This document shows, one piece after another, positions 12,215 to 23,794 of a DNA stretch of 64,000 nt. The notes under the pieces were generated by a model. That model had not been told where the DNA came from. It did no database searches and worked only from the letters and a program-made list of their open reading frames with translations. The stretch's first letter is position 1; every line of letters begins with the position of its first letter. The stretch covers positions 103,974,001-104,038,000 of the forward strand of contig NC_043003.1 in NCBI RefSeq assembly GCF_006345805.1. Reading direction: 5' to 3'. Source of the DNA: Octopus sinensis. Its lineage: Eukaryota. The translations under genes were made by a program, and so were the position numbers.

Positions 12215-12392
12215 TTGGCAGTGCTGGTTTGAGGCCCAACCTGAGTTCTTTTACAGGACTTAGAAAAACTGAAGGAAAGCTGCAATAAGTGTGTGAATCT
12301 GAGAAGGGAATATGTTGAATAAAATCACAATTAACTGATACTCTGGTATTTTCTTTCATTCAAAGCCAGGAACTTTTGAGTACCCTCTTGTA
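12215..12392 (+). mobile_element. Mariner 3' end fragment
   Basis: WFEAQPEFF...LEKLKESCNKCVNLRREYVE* followed by TIR-like aggaacttttgagtaccctcttgta. Confidence 0.7.
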
Positions 12393-13224
12393 TATGTTCT
12401 ACATAGCAGCAAAGCTTTCAGTGGCTCCAAAAATTATAGATCTATTATTCACTCTGTAGTGTTTAAACCAGGTTAAACATTCCATGTGTTCCATGTGAAT
12501 TAATCATGTAAAATGTCCTATTTGATAGACAGGCAGCTGTTGCATAAATTCCATTGATATGAATTAGCTCCATGTAAGGGTTAGGGTTAGGTTGTGGGTT
12601 GAGACAGTTGAAAAATTGCATTCTAAATATTACAGAAAAAAACAGAGGAAAAAATTCCTTCTCCCATAAAAGAGTAATTTTTCTTCATATAATCTACAGA
12701 AGTCGTTTAAAACAATGCCTGGAAAGTATTAACAGGTGTTATTTGCCAGCATTGGGACATAAATCCTTGAAGAACAGCCTTTAGTGTCATGACAATGTTA
12801 ATAAATATTCTTTTATTTGTTTCAGTCATTTGATTGCAGCCATGCAGTCGAACAAATCATCTCTAGGGGTTCTTTCTTAAGCCTAGTACTTATTCTATTG
12901 ATATCTTTTGCTGAACTGCTAAGTTACAGGGGTGTAAACACACCAACACCAGTTGTCAAATGGTGAAGGGGGGACAAATACAGGCACAAAGACATACACA
13001 CACACACACACATCGGGTTTCTTTCACTTTCTGTCTACCAAATCCAGTCACAAGGCTTTGGTCAGCCCAAGGCTATAGTAGAAGCTGCTTGTCCAAAGTG
13101 CCACACAATGGGATTGAACCTGGAACCATGTGGTTAGGAAGCAAGCTTCTTACCACACAGCCACACCTGCAACTATACAAATCATATTCTTTTTAAATGT
13201 GTGATGCAGGCTCAGGCATGGTTA

Positions 13225-13928
13225 TAAGTAGGTATGGCTGTGCGGTTGAGATGTTCATGCCCCAAACACATTATTTTTGGTTCAGTCCCACCTTGGGAAC
13301 CCTGGGCACATGCATTCTACTATAGCCCCAGGTTGATGAAAGCCTTGTGAGTAGATTTGGTACATGGAAACTGAAAAAAAGCCCAATGGAGAGTTTACGA
13401 AAAAAGCAAAAGACGAAGACAGGTGGTGTACAAAACAAACAGATGTATTAGTATAACGCTCAGGAATAGGAAAAGTCTTTTACGTTTCGAGCCTACGCTC
13501 TTCTACAGAAAGGGACATAGAAAAAACAAGGAGAGAAAAAAATGTGTGTAGTGGCTAATGATCTATCATGGCGTATATATGTGTATATACATATGTGTAT
13601 ACGTGTGTGTGTGGGTGTGTAGGTGGGGTGGTTTTGGGTTTGTGAATGTGGGCTGGGTGCATGAGGGAGTGAATGCTCATGTGTATGAGGGTGATTGTAT
13701 GTTTATGTCTCCTTGTCTTGATATTGTGTGATGGTTGTGAATAAATATCATTGTCATATAAGCAGTGTCATTTTCCAATATTCTGGGAAAATATGGCTGG
13801 CCATGGATAAATATAACTTTGATTGCAAACAGGTGAAGGTTGGCAACAGAAATATCATCTGGTTATACAAAAATTTGTCCATGGAAAAGTGGAGATTAAA
13901 ATGATGATGATGATGATGATGATGATGG
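13225..13928 (+). mobile_element. Family B SINE with RTE-like tail, interrupted by a Penelope-like fragment
   Basis: Family B head; tail ...aaacaggtgaaggttggcaacag...catggaaaagtggagattaaaatgatgatg; nested insert at 13388-13575. Confidence 0.75.
13388..13575 (-). mobile_element. Penelope-like element terminus
   Basis: Near-identical to 23405-23572 in opposite orientation; contains ctgtagaagagcgtaggctcgaaacgt, similar to PLE hammerhead-bearing ends. Confidence 0.6.
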
Positions 13929-14104
13929 AAGTTTTTGATAAGGGAGATTCAAGAAGAATAATAGAATAATTGATATATATGTAAAGATTTATGTTGATAA
14001 ACATAAAAAATTTTAAATACTTATATAACTAGGAAACTAAAATTCATTTGTAAAATTTGGCAATTTTGTGGCTACATTCTGGTCCTTAGCAATATCCTTC
14101 ATAA

Positions 14105-14425
14105 GGCTCACTGTCTTGAGATCAGCCTTCAATACTTCTTCCCATGTCTTTCTGAGTCACCCTCTTCAACAAATTCCATCCACTCTAAGTAATGGCAACT
14201 TCTGCATGTGACTGTCTACATCCATGCACATCTCATGACCAGACCAGTGCAGTCATCTTCTCTCTTGCACACTGCATCGAATTCCTCTTTTGCCCAACTT
14301 TTCCCTCAATGCACTCTGTCACACATGTACACTGAAATTGCACATCCTGTGGAGCATACTAGCTTCAGTCCTCTCTAGCCTTCACATGTCTTCTGCATTC
14401 AGGATCCATGTCTCACTACCATGTA
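14105..14425 (-). mobile_element. RTE LINE 3' fragment
   Basis: Minus translation HGSETW...RRLERTEASMLHRMC...RRLHWSGHEM...KTWEEVLKADLK. Confidence 0.8.
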
Positions 14426-15034
14426 AAAATGATGGTGATACTGATGTTGTCAATTAATCTCATCATCATAATGATCTTCATCATTTTACAACCATTTCTC
14501 CATGTTAGCATGAGCAGGGAGAGTCTAACTACTCATCATAACCCGTCTGTGTTATTGTGGATACTATGTCTTTTTTGCTGCATGGTTTTGTGGCTGGATT
14601 CTTTTCCAATCAGCAAACACTTTACAGTATGGACTAAGGGCATTTATTGTGCTATCAACACTAGAGATGTTGCATACAGCAAAACCATTGAGCCTTCTCT
14701 TACTATAACAGTATTTCTTCTTGAACACGTTGACTGGTCTATGGTGCCACCATTTTTGTGACAAACCCCCACCCCCACCTGATATTAATACATTTGTTTG
14801 TTTACTAAGATTCAACTATGTTTTTTATTATAGACTTTATTGTTTTTATATCTCAATACATTGGTTTTCTTCCGTGTAAAATGGTTAATAAACACGATTT
14901 AAATTTTATTACATACAGAAAATAGGACAAATTTAAGGAGGCTTGTATGCTTCAAAGAAAGCCCTTTGCAGGAGAGGGAGAAGCATTTTTAAAATTCTCT
15001 ATGTACTTTTTTTAATTACTGTATTCGTACATAC

Positions 15035-15112
15035 CTAATTTTATGTCAGCATAAAAATGACTTGAAATAAATTTCCTTAAGCTTGTAAGTAACTCTATAT
15101 CAATTTTATTAC
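15035..15112 (-). CDS. Candidate exon, (G)NKIDIELLTSLRKFISSHFYADIKL(G)
   Basis: Strong donor TAG|gtatgt; weak acceptor ctgtatgtag; 78 nt open, phase 1-1. Confidence 0.22.
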
Positions 15113-15254
15113 CTACATACAGATACTTCCTTTCCTTGAGTCAACACAAGACATTTAAAACAGACACATCCATTTGATAAATTTTCTGAGTTCCTTCCAT
15201 ATTTAAGCCTTTCTTTACTCTATTTCTGTTCAAATACATTGCTTTTGAATTCAT

Positions 15255-15775
15255 CATCATCATCGTCATCATCATTTAACATCCGTTTTCCATGCTGGCA
15301 TGGGTTGGATGGATTGACTGAGGTCTGAAAAGCCAGCAGGCTGCACCAGGCTCCAATCTGATCTACAGCTGGATGCCCTTCCTGACACCAACCACTCCAA
15401 GAGTGTAGTGGGTGCTTTTTACATGCCACTAGCAAGGGAGCCAGTCAGGCGGCCCTGGCATTGATCACATTTGGATGGTGCTTTTTACATGGCTCCAGCA
15501 TGGGAGCCAATCAGGGGGCACTGGCAGTGACCACGTTAGGATAGTGCTTTTCATGTGCCACCAGTATGGGAGCCAGTCGGGTGGACCTGGCATCGGTCAT
15601 GTTGGGATAGTGCTTTTTACGTGCCACCAGAATGTGAGCCAGTCAGGGAGCACTGGCACTGACCACGTTCAGATGGTGCATTTTACGAGCCACCAGCACA
15701 GGAGCCAGCCAGGTGGCACTAGCTATGGCTATGATTTTGGTTTTACTTGACTCAACAGGGCTTCTCAAGCATATC
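15255..15775 (-). mobile_element. Family D element with ~5 internal 66-bp tandem repeats (15411-15725)
   Basis: Units of approximately ggtgctttttacgtgccaccagcacgggagccagtcagggggcactggcatcgaccacgttcggat; ORF 15475..15750 shows a 22-aa periodicity. Confidence 0.85.
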
Positions 15776-16651
15776 ATATCAACTTTGTCCTGATTAATCA
15801 AGTGTTTGGAATGTAAATTAACAGGAAATTAAACATGTTTTTTTGCTCCATTTAACCACATGTCTACTAGTGTCTCAGTGTGATTAACACCTGATGTTAC
15901 AGAGAGAGAAAGCGAAAATCTGCTTCTTGATTTGGTACTGTTTATGATTAACCATTAGCTTTGAAAAACCAAGACTTTTAAAAAAAGTATGCTCAAAACT
16001 TGTTAAAAACCTGACTGACCAAACAATTCTATGTCAATTTAAAATTAAGAATTTAAACTGAACTCCTCAGTTTTCATGTAAACTACCTTTGACATGGATC
16101 AGATGGTTTGACAGGATCCAATGAATCAAGGACTGCATTATGCTCCAGTGTCTGCTTTGACATGGTTCCTTTGACTGGATGCCCTTTCTAACATCAATAC
16201 TTTGCATCATGTGCTGAGTGCGGTCACAATGCAGCTTTGAGACTTTGAACCTCAAGAGGTGAATTGGGTGGCAACTTTATGCTAGAAGACAATCTATGAC
16301 AGAAGAGGCCAGACTAGAACAGGTTTCTTGCTGTAAATGAGCTGTGTAACTATAGACATTTTAGAAAAGAGGTTGGGAGTGATGTGGTCGAGTTGGAAAG
16401 CAATAAAAACAGTGGTGATGATGAGTAGACGTGGGAATGCCCGTTTGACAAAGTTATCACAGAAATAGTTTTTACATTTGTGTGAATTTTTTTCGCTCAA
16501 TTCTTTTCTTGTCTTGAGCTGTTATATCTAAGCAGTTTTCCATTCCAACAGACAAATTTCAAAGTTATGGGGGAAATGATCAAATGCAATTATTTTCATT
16601 CCTTTTTAATTGAACAATTATTATTTTTTTATTATTTGCTTTGGTCATTAG

Positions 16652-16741
16652 ACAGTGGGCAAAGGAAGCTATTTTAAGGCATTCTTTCATTTGAAGCAGC
16701 AAAGTTGTCAACTCGATCATATGAGATCATATGACTGTTCG
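16652..16741 (+). CDS. Candidate exon, TVGKGSYFKAFFHLKQQSCQLDHMRSYDCS
   Basis: Acceptor ttatttgctttggtcattag and donor TCG|gtaatt; 90 nt open, phase 0-0. Confidence 0.22.
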
Positions 16742-16913
16742 GTAATTTCCATAAAATTTTTTTTTCCTTTATGCTTTGAAGAGAGCAGAAATTGAAAGTG
16801 AGGAGAAAGTGAAAAGGTGATAATTGCTTTGAAGTGAGAGCAGAAAGTGAAAGATGTATGTATGCATATATGAAATGGGACATGTGTGTGTGTGTGTGAG
16901 AGGGAGAGAGAGA

Positions 16914-16951
<38 letters not shown>

Positions 16952-18554
16952 GTGTTGTTATGTATTTTTTTGCACTTGCTCTCTCACACACACACAAACA
17001 TTCTCTTTCATATACACATGCATACATCCTTTTGGCATGTATGTGTGCATATGCATGTGAGAGTGAGTGATTGTATTTCCTCATAACATATAGAGAAATG
17101 GATATCTTTCAATGAAATTCTTTTAGTTGTGGCTTATCTTAGTGTTTTAAAGTGGTCTAAATTGTAATCTCTCATCAAAATTCTGTGCTAATTTGTTCCA
17201 GCCACCAGCTTAATAATGAGAAAGTTATTATACTAAATTCTTTATTATTTTAAAATTTAATTGAAACAATGGCAGCATATAGAAATATAGTAACAAAAGG
17301 GCTAATGGCCCTGTTAATTTACCATCATCAGCATCCTTTAACATCTGCTTTCCATGCTGGCATGGATTAGACAGTTTGACCGGAACTGGTAAGCCAGTGA
17401 GCTGCACCATGTTCCAGTCTCATTTGGCATGGTTTCTATAGCTGGATACCCTTCCTAATGCCAATCACTTTACAGAGTGGCCTCCATGAGGCCTAACATT
17501 CAAAGGTTACGCTACTGGCAACAGCCACAACTATGGTTTCATTAGGAGCCATTTACATGACACCATCAATGGCTACAACTGCAATTTCACTTGGCTTGAC
17601 GAGTCTTCTCATCCTTAATAACAATAGTTTTTAATTTAGGTACAAAGCCAGCATTTTTTAGGGGAGAGAGCAAGTCAATGCCACAGGCCCCAGTACATCA
17701 CTGATACTTTCTTTTATCAATTCCAAAGGGATGAAAAGCAGAGTTGATCTTAACAGAATCTAAACTCAGAACGTAAGAAAATGGAAAAAATACTGCAAAG
17801 CATCAAAAAAATTCAATACTTTAACCATCTTTTGGGTTTTATACCAGCAGTTCTGAGAGGAAGAGATTAGTTGGTATGATCAATTCCAGTATTTGACTGG
17901 TCCTTAATTTTATTTGCCTTGAAAGGATGAAAGGCAAAGTTGAATTTGGCAGGATTTGATCTGTACTAGAACAATTACTGCAATGCATTTTCCCAATGTT
18001 CTTATTCTGCTAATTAACTGCTCTTAGTTTCTGATTTTCTGGGAAGGAGGAATAGTCAATTACATTGAGACCAGCATTTTTGTGGAATGAAGAATTGTCA
18101 ATTACATTGACTCCAGTACTAAATGTTAAGGTCATCTTACAGAAAATGGCTTTGCCAGTCATTGTTCCTGAAAACAGGGTTGAGCCATTGAAATAAAGCA
18201 TATCCTGGGGCATTTCAGTTAAACTACACCCTTGCTCTATAATTTGTAGTCATTTAAGGCAGTGAGCTGACAGTAATGTTAGCAAAACCAGGCAAAATGC
18301 ATCCACCTTTATGTTCTAAGTTCAAATTTCACTGAGGTCGACTTTGCCTTTCACCTTTTTGGGGTCAATAAAAAGGGTACTAGTTGAACACTAGGGTCAA
18401 TGTAATTGACTAGCTTTCTCCCCTGAAACTGCTGGCCTTGTGCCAAAATATGAAACCAATTTGTAGTCATGTGCTGAAGTAAGAAATTAAGTATCATTCT
18501 TACCCTTCAACTTGTCGATGAATGTTCATTTTCCAACACCATGAATAGGCACAG

Positions 18555-19275
18555 GCATAGCTGTGTGGCTTAAGAAGTTTGCTTCTCAATCACAGGATTT
18601 TGGGTTCAGTTCCACTCTATGGTACATTGAATGTCTTCTAGCCCCAGGTCAACCAAATCTTGTGAGTAGATTTGGTGGACAGAAACTGAAAGTCATCCAT
18701 TCTGCATACACATACAGATGTATGCGTGTGTGTTTGTGTTTCCTTGTCTTGACATCACATGGGTGTTGTAAGTGTACCATCATACAAACAGTGTCCTGTT
18801 TCTAATCCTTCATGAAAAACATGACTGGCCATGGGCAAATATTACCTTACTTGGAAACAGGTGAGGGTTGGTGACAGGAAAGGCATCTTTCTTCTATTTT
18901 TTCTTTGCCCTTTTCAAGCCTAGCCAGGCTCATGGGCCCGGTTTCCGTGGTATATGTGTTCCTCCCAGCTGGACGGGATGCCAGTCCATCGCAGCGTTAC
19001 TCAAGAAACAGGAAGAAAGAGAGAGAAAGTTGGGGCAAAAGAGTACAACAGGGGTCGCCACCACCCCCTGCCAGAGCCTCATGGAGCTTTAGGTGTCTTC
19101 GCTCAATAAACACACACAACGCCCGGTCTGGGAATTGAAACTACGATCCTCCAACTGTGAGTCTGCTGCCCTAACCACTGGGCCATTGTGCCTCCACAGG
19201 AAAGGCATCTAGCTATAGAAAATCTGTTTGACCCATCCAGGCATGGAAAAGTGGACATGAAAACGATGATGATAC
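18555..19275 (+). mobile_element. Family B/RTE-tail SINE containing a nested family C SINE (18889-19195, minus)
   Basis: TSD acaggaaaggcatct at 18874-18888 and 19196-19210 flanks the nested insert. Confidence 0.85.
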
Positions 19276-19599
19276 TTGATTTGTTATAGTAAAACTTTGC
19301 ATATATATTTATTTTGCATGCATCTGTGTTTCTGCCTACGTACATGCATATTTTCTAGGCACTTGGATATGGCATTTGTGAAAATATGTAGTTTTTTTTA
19401 TCATTAGTAATTATTAAATGCTACTGACCTTGTTCTCTGCATTCTAATGATTTAGGAAAAAAAACAAAAAAACAAGGAATAAGGATGTCCTTGAATTTCT
19501 CTAGGACTTTATAAATAGTGAATGAAGTGAGCTGTTATCTAGTCATGATTCAAGAAAATATCACAGATTTGGTAAACTGTCTAAAGTTACACATGTATA

Positions 19600-19850
19600 T
19601 ACTTGTAGAGAACATAAATGTAGAATGTCTGCAAGGGGAGAACACAGCTATAAGATGGGTGCATGTGTAGAGTACACTGCTGTTGGATGTCTACATGTTT
19701 AGAGAGCATGGCTGTGGGATGTTTACATGTTTAGCGAGTATTGATGTGGAATGTCGAAATGTATATGTGCTTATAGAGCACACAGCTGTAGGATGTCTGT
19801 ATGTGTACATTCATGTAGAGAACACAGCTATGGAATGTCTACATGTGAAT
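19600..19850. repeat. Degenerate ~30-36-bp minisatellite
   Basis: Recurrent gtagagaacacagctatggaatgtctacatgt-like units, about 6-7 copies. Confidence 0.7.
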
Positions 19851-20722
19851 GTGTGAATGAAAATAGAATAAGATTTCTTTTTTTTTTTTATGTTATTTAC
19901 CTTGATTCTCTGCAAAAATAAATTTATAGACAACCAACACCCATATTTGAACTCAGAATGTAAAACAATGTAACTAAACATCGTAAGTCCCTTTATCTGC
20001 TGTTCTACTGATTTTACCATCTACCATCATCTAATAATAATGGCTTCAAATTTAGGCACAAGGCCAGCAATTTGGGGAGGGGGGCAAGTCAATTCCATTG
20101 ACCCCAGTGCTCAACTGGTACTAATTTTTATCAACCCTGAAAGGATGAAAGGCAAAGTCAACCATAGCAGTATTTGAACTCATCATCATCATCATCATTT
20201 AACGTCTGCTTTCCATGCTAGCATGGGTTGGACGGTTCGACTGGGGTCTGGGAAGCCAGGAGGCTGCACCAGGCCCAGTCTGATCTGGCAGTGTTTCTAC
20301 AGCTGGATGCCTTTCCTAATGCCAACCACTTTGTGAGTGCAGTGGGTGCTTTTTATGTGCCACCGGCACAGGTGCCAGGCGAGGCTTGCAATAATTCTAC
20401 CAGCTTGTCCCATTTTTCAGATTTTAGTATAAGGCCAGTCATTTCAGTGGGAGGAGGTTAGTTGATTACATCTGTAGTGAGACCAATTTCTATTATGGCA
20501 CATTGAAGACAATTAGCCTTTTATAGGCACAACATGTCAATCTGTAATAATTAGCCGTTTTACCTATCATGTGAGTTTTGAACATTGGTTAAGTTCTGTG
20601 CTGTGACTGGCTGAGTATTGTGCAGGATTTGGATCGAAGTTCCAATCATGTTGCATTTAACACATTTTCAAACTAATCAGTATGTGCTCTGGAGCCTGCC
20701 TTTCCCCCATAAACTTGTTTAG

Positions 20723-20761
20723 CAATTATTGAAACCAGAGGTGTGAGTGATTTTCATGAAG
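20723..20761 (+). CDS. Candidate exon, (A)IIETRGVSDFHE(G)
   Basis: Acceptor cctttcccccataaacttgtttag and donor AAG|gtgagt; 39 nt open, phase 1-1. Confidence 0.25.
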
Positions 20762-20984
20762 GTGAGTTATGTTGATTTCCTGCTGTTATTAACCAAAGCA
20801 AAATTAATAAAACAGAACACATGTAACCAACGACAACCCAAGCTGAATTGTCCAAATGATGGATCAACTACAACCACCAGAATTTCTTGTTTCTTTCTTG
20901 ATCCACTGCACTACTTTATGGAGGAATAGTCTTGCAGTCATTTTTAAAGTTTGTTTCTTATATTACTTTCGTGAGTGAACAGGT

Positions 20985-21298
20985 TATATAATGGTATACA
21001 GAATTCAGTAGTAAAACCAAGGGATACTTTAGTTAGACCATACTTGTGAAAGGTAAGAGAGTCCAGTTTGCTGGACATTGTTGTAGAGCTGAAAAAGAGG
21101 TAATTTCTACTCTTCTCCTCTGGAAGCCATCTACTCGCAATACCAGAGGGCGCACACTCTCCTACCCTGATGTAATCTCCAGGGATACAGGCATCCAGCA
21201 ACAGGACCTCCGTAATGCCATGATGGACCGTGAAGTCTGGTATAGCATGGTAAATTCCATTGTCTCGACCACGGTCGAACAATGATGATGATGAAACA
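20985..21298 (+). mobile_element. RTE-clade LINE 3' end (second copy at 40200-40352)
   Basis: ORF RVQFAGHCCRAEKEVISTLLLWKP...DREVW followed by a (GAT)n tail; near-identical shorter copy at 40200. Confidence 0.85.
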
Positions 21299-22810
21299 TC
21301 AACCCTAGTACTCAAATGGTGTTTTATGTTATCAACCATGAAAGGATGAGAGACAAAGTTGATTTAGGCAACATTTGAATGCAGAACATAAAGTGATGGA
21401 AGAAATGCTGCTAAGCATTTTGTCAGATACACTAATGGTTCAGTCAGCTTACCATTTAATAACAACATAATTTTAATTTTGAATTTAGGCAAAAGATTAC
21501 AAATATTTCTAGGTCTAGTAGACTCCAGTATTTTTATGATAGTCATTGGATCAAATCCTGAAGAATGAAAAGACAAAATCACTATCAGTGAAATTCCAAC
21601 ACACAAGACATTTTCTTTGTCGCTCTAATAACCATGCTATCCACATTTTCTAAAATAATGATTTCTTTAAAATAATACCATTTTTGTTTTAAAACACAAG
21701 TTAACACAAAAACAATAAATTTTCATTATTTTATTTCTAAGATGTAAAAAAGAAAAATTAATATTGAAAAAGACAAACATATAACATTGTATTTTCAACA
21801 GTAAAATCCAAACAGTTTTTAAAAAGTTATGATTAAAAAAACTGATCCTTTCCAAAATGGAGGAATTGCTAGCCTGGATCAGAAATCCTACACCAAAAAT
21901 ATTAAAAAAAAAAATTTTTAATCACTGCGAAATAAAAAGATTTTAAGGTTAAAATAACTGTAATAATAATAAAATTGTAGTAAAAGGTGAAAAACACATC
22001 AAATGATATTTACTGTATTTGGTTTATGTACTTATTATTGATCCCAGAATGCATTGCATGTAAAACTACAATTTGTGTGTGCATGTATACATATATGTAT
22101 ATATCATAAACATACATGTATAGATTTATACGCATATACATATATGTATACTTGCTTATATACAGAGATGAATATATGTACATATTAAACATACACACAT
22201 ATTTGCATATTTATATATATTGAACACATGTATGTGTGGATATATACATACTAAGATTCACACACACACACATGTGCGTGCAAGCTTATATACACACGTA
22301 TGCTACAAACACACACACACCTAATTATTGGTTTCGTTGATGAGGTTTCACTCAACATCTCAGTTGCAGTGTCAACCAATGTTCTTAAGTTGATATTGAA
22401 AAAGCAGAGCCATGGCTGTTGTGTACTCTATGCTGTCACAGAATGCACTAGCATCTTTTCAACCCCAACATCACCTCTTGACACTGATGCTAATTGTGAC
22501 TATTTCCAAATCAAATCACATTCACTTAAAGAAATCAATGAAGCAGCAGCTACATGGTTGTTTCACTCGCCAGAAATAACAGCCAAATATCCCAACTTCT
22601 AGACTTAAAAAACACAGGAATGGGATGATCACTACTGGAAGGCTTTTAATTGTAGGTTTGTTGAGCAGGGCTGACACCTAAGCCAAACAACAACACTTCA
22701 TTTTAAAATGTTTTAGCAAAAGACAAACATTTCAAGGAAGAGGTGGCGCTTAATGTTGGAGAAGATAAATGATGTGGTGGTGTTCAAGGAATAACTGAAG
22801 TGGTTCATAC

Positions 22811-22898
22811 CTGCATCTGAAACAATCCTGCATCAGTAATGCACAGCAGGGTGTGTAAACCACAGTTTCTGAGTCTGCTCATACATATAATTGGCTGA
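22811..22898 (-). CDS. Candidate exon, QPIICMSRLRNCGLHTLLCITDAGLFQMQ
   Basis: Donor CAG|gtatga; acceptor ttatgttcag (or the next cag, 4 nt downstream); open frame. It could join in phase 0 to a weaker candidate at 22321-22415 (PWLCFFNINLRTLVDTATEMLSETSSTKPII). Confidence 0.28.
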
Positions 22899-22922
22899 CT
22901 GAACATAATTGTGCCCCAGAAA

Positions 22923-23345
22923 TCATCATCATTTAACGGCCGTTTTCCATGCTAGCATGGGTTGGACGGTTCGACTGGGGTCTGGTAAGCCATGGAGGCT
23001 GCACCAGGCTCTAGTCTGATCTGGCAGTGTTTCTACAGCTGGATGCCTTCCTAACACCAACCATTCCGTGAGTGTAGTGGGTGTTTTTTACGTGCCGCCG
23101 GCACAGGGGCCAGAGCAGGCTGGCAAACGGCCACGATTGGTTGGTACTTTTACGTGTCACTGACATGGACGCCAGTCAGGTGACGCTAGTAACTGCCACG
23201 CTCGAATGGTGCTTTTTACGTGTCACCGTCACGGGTGTCTTCACTACAATTTCCATTTGAATTTTTGATGTTGACGAACTTGACTCAACAGGTCTCGTCA
23301 AGAACAGCAGGTCACTCTATGATCCAAGGTCAGCACAGCAGGCTG
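22923..23345 (-). mobile_element. Family D element
   Basis: High similarity to 9565-10040. Confidence 0.85.
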
Positions 23346-23404
23346 TCCTGCGAGCATGAACTCACTTCATTTGTCGGGTCTCCCACTCATTTCACATATC
23401 TCTC

Positions 23405-23570
23405 TCTCTTCTTTTTCTCTCTCCTTGTTTTTTCTGTGTCCCTTTCTGTAGAAGAGCGTAGGCTCGAAACGTAAGACTTTTTCTATTTCTGAGCATTATA
23501 TACTAATACATCTGTTTGTTTTGTACACCACCTGTCTTCGTCTTTTGTGTTTTTTTCGTAAACTCTCCCT

Positions 23571-23572
<2 letters not shown>
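23405..23572 (+). mobile_element. Penelope-like element terminus
   Basis: Reverse-orientation near-copy of 13388-13575. Confidence 0.6.
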
Positions 23573-23630
<58 letters not shown>

Positions 23631-23655
23631 GTGAAATGAGTTGGGTGTCTAGGAA

Positions 23656-23794
23656 ATGTCTCCCTCAGCTCTCCAGCCTCTGCAGAGCATCAAGGATGTA
23701 AGAGATTTAGAGAAAGAGTTAAGCAGCTTAACTCTTTCTCTAAAGCTCTTACATCCTTGATGCTCTGCAGAGGCTGGAGAGCTGAGGGAGACAT
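23656..23794. repeat. 139-bp near-perfect palindrome (69-bp arms, 1-nt loop, 1 mismatch)
   Basis: atgtctccctcagctc...gagttaagc-a-gcttaactc...gagctgagggagacat, read directly from the sequence. Confidence 0.97.

Noticed and set aside
12578-12592. agggttagggttagg telomere-like motif
   Set aside because: Only about 2.5 units; too short to be meaningful.
15411-15725. Regularly spaced repeats as a possible CRISPR array
   Set aside because: Contiguous tandem units without unique spacers, inside a eukaryotic retroelement, with no cas genes.
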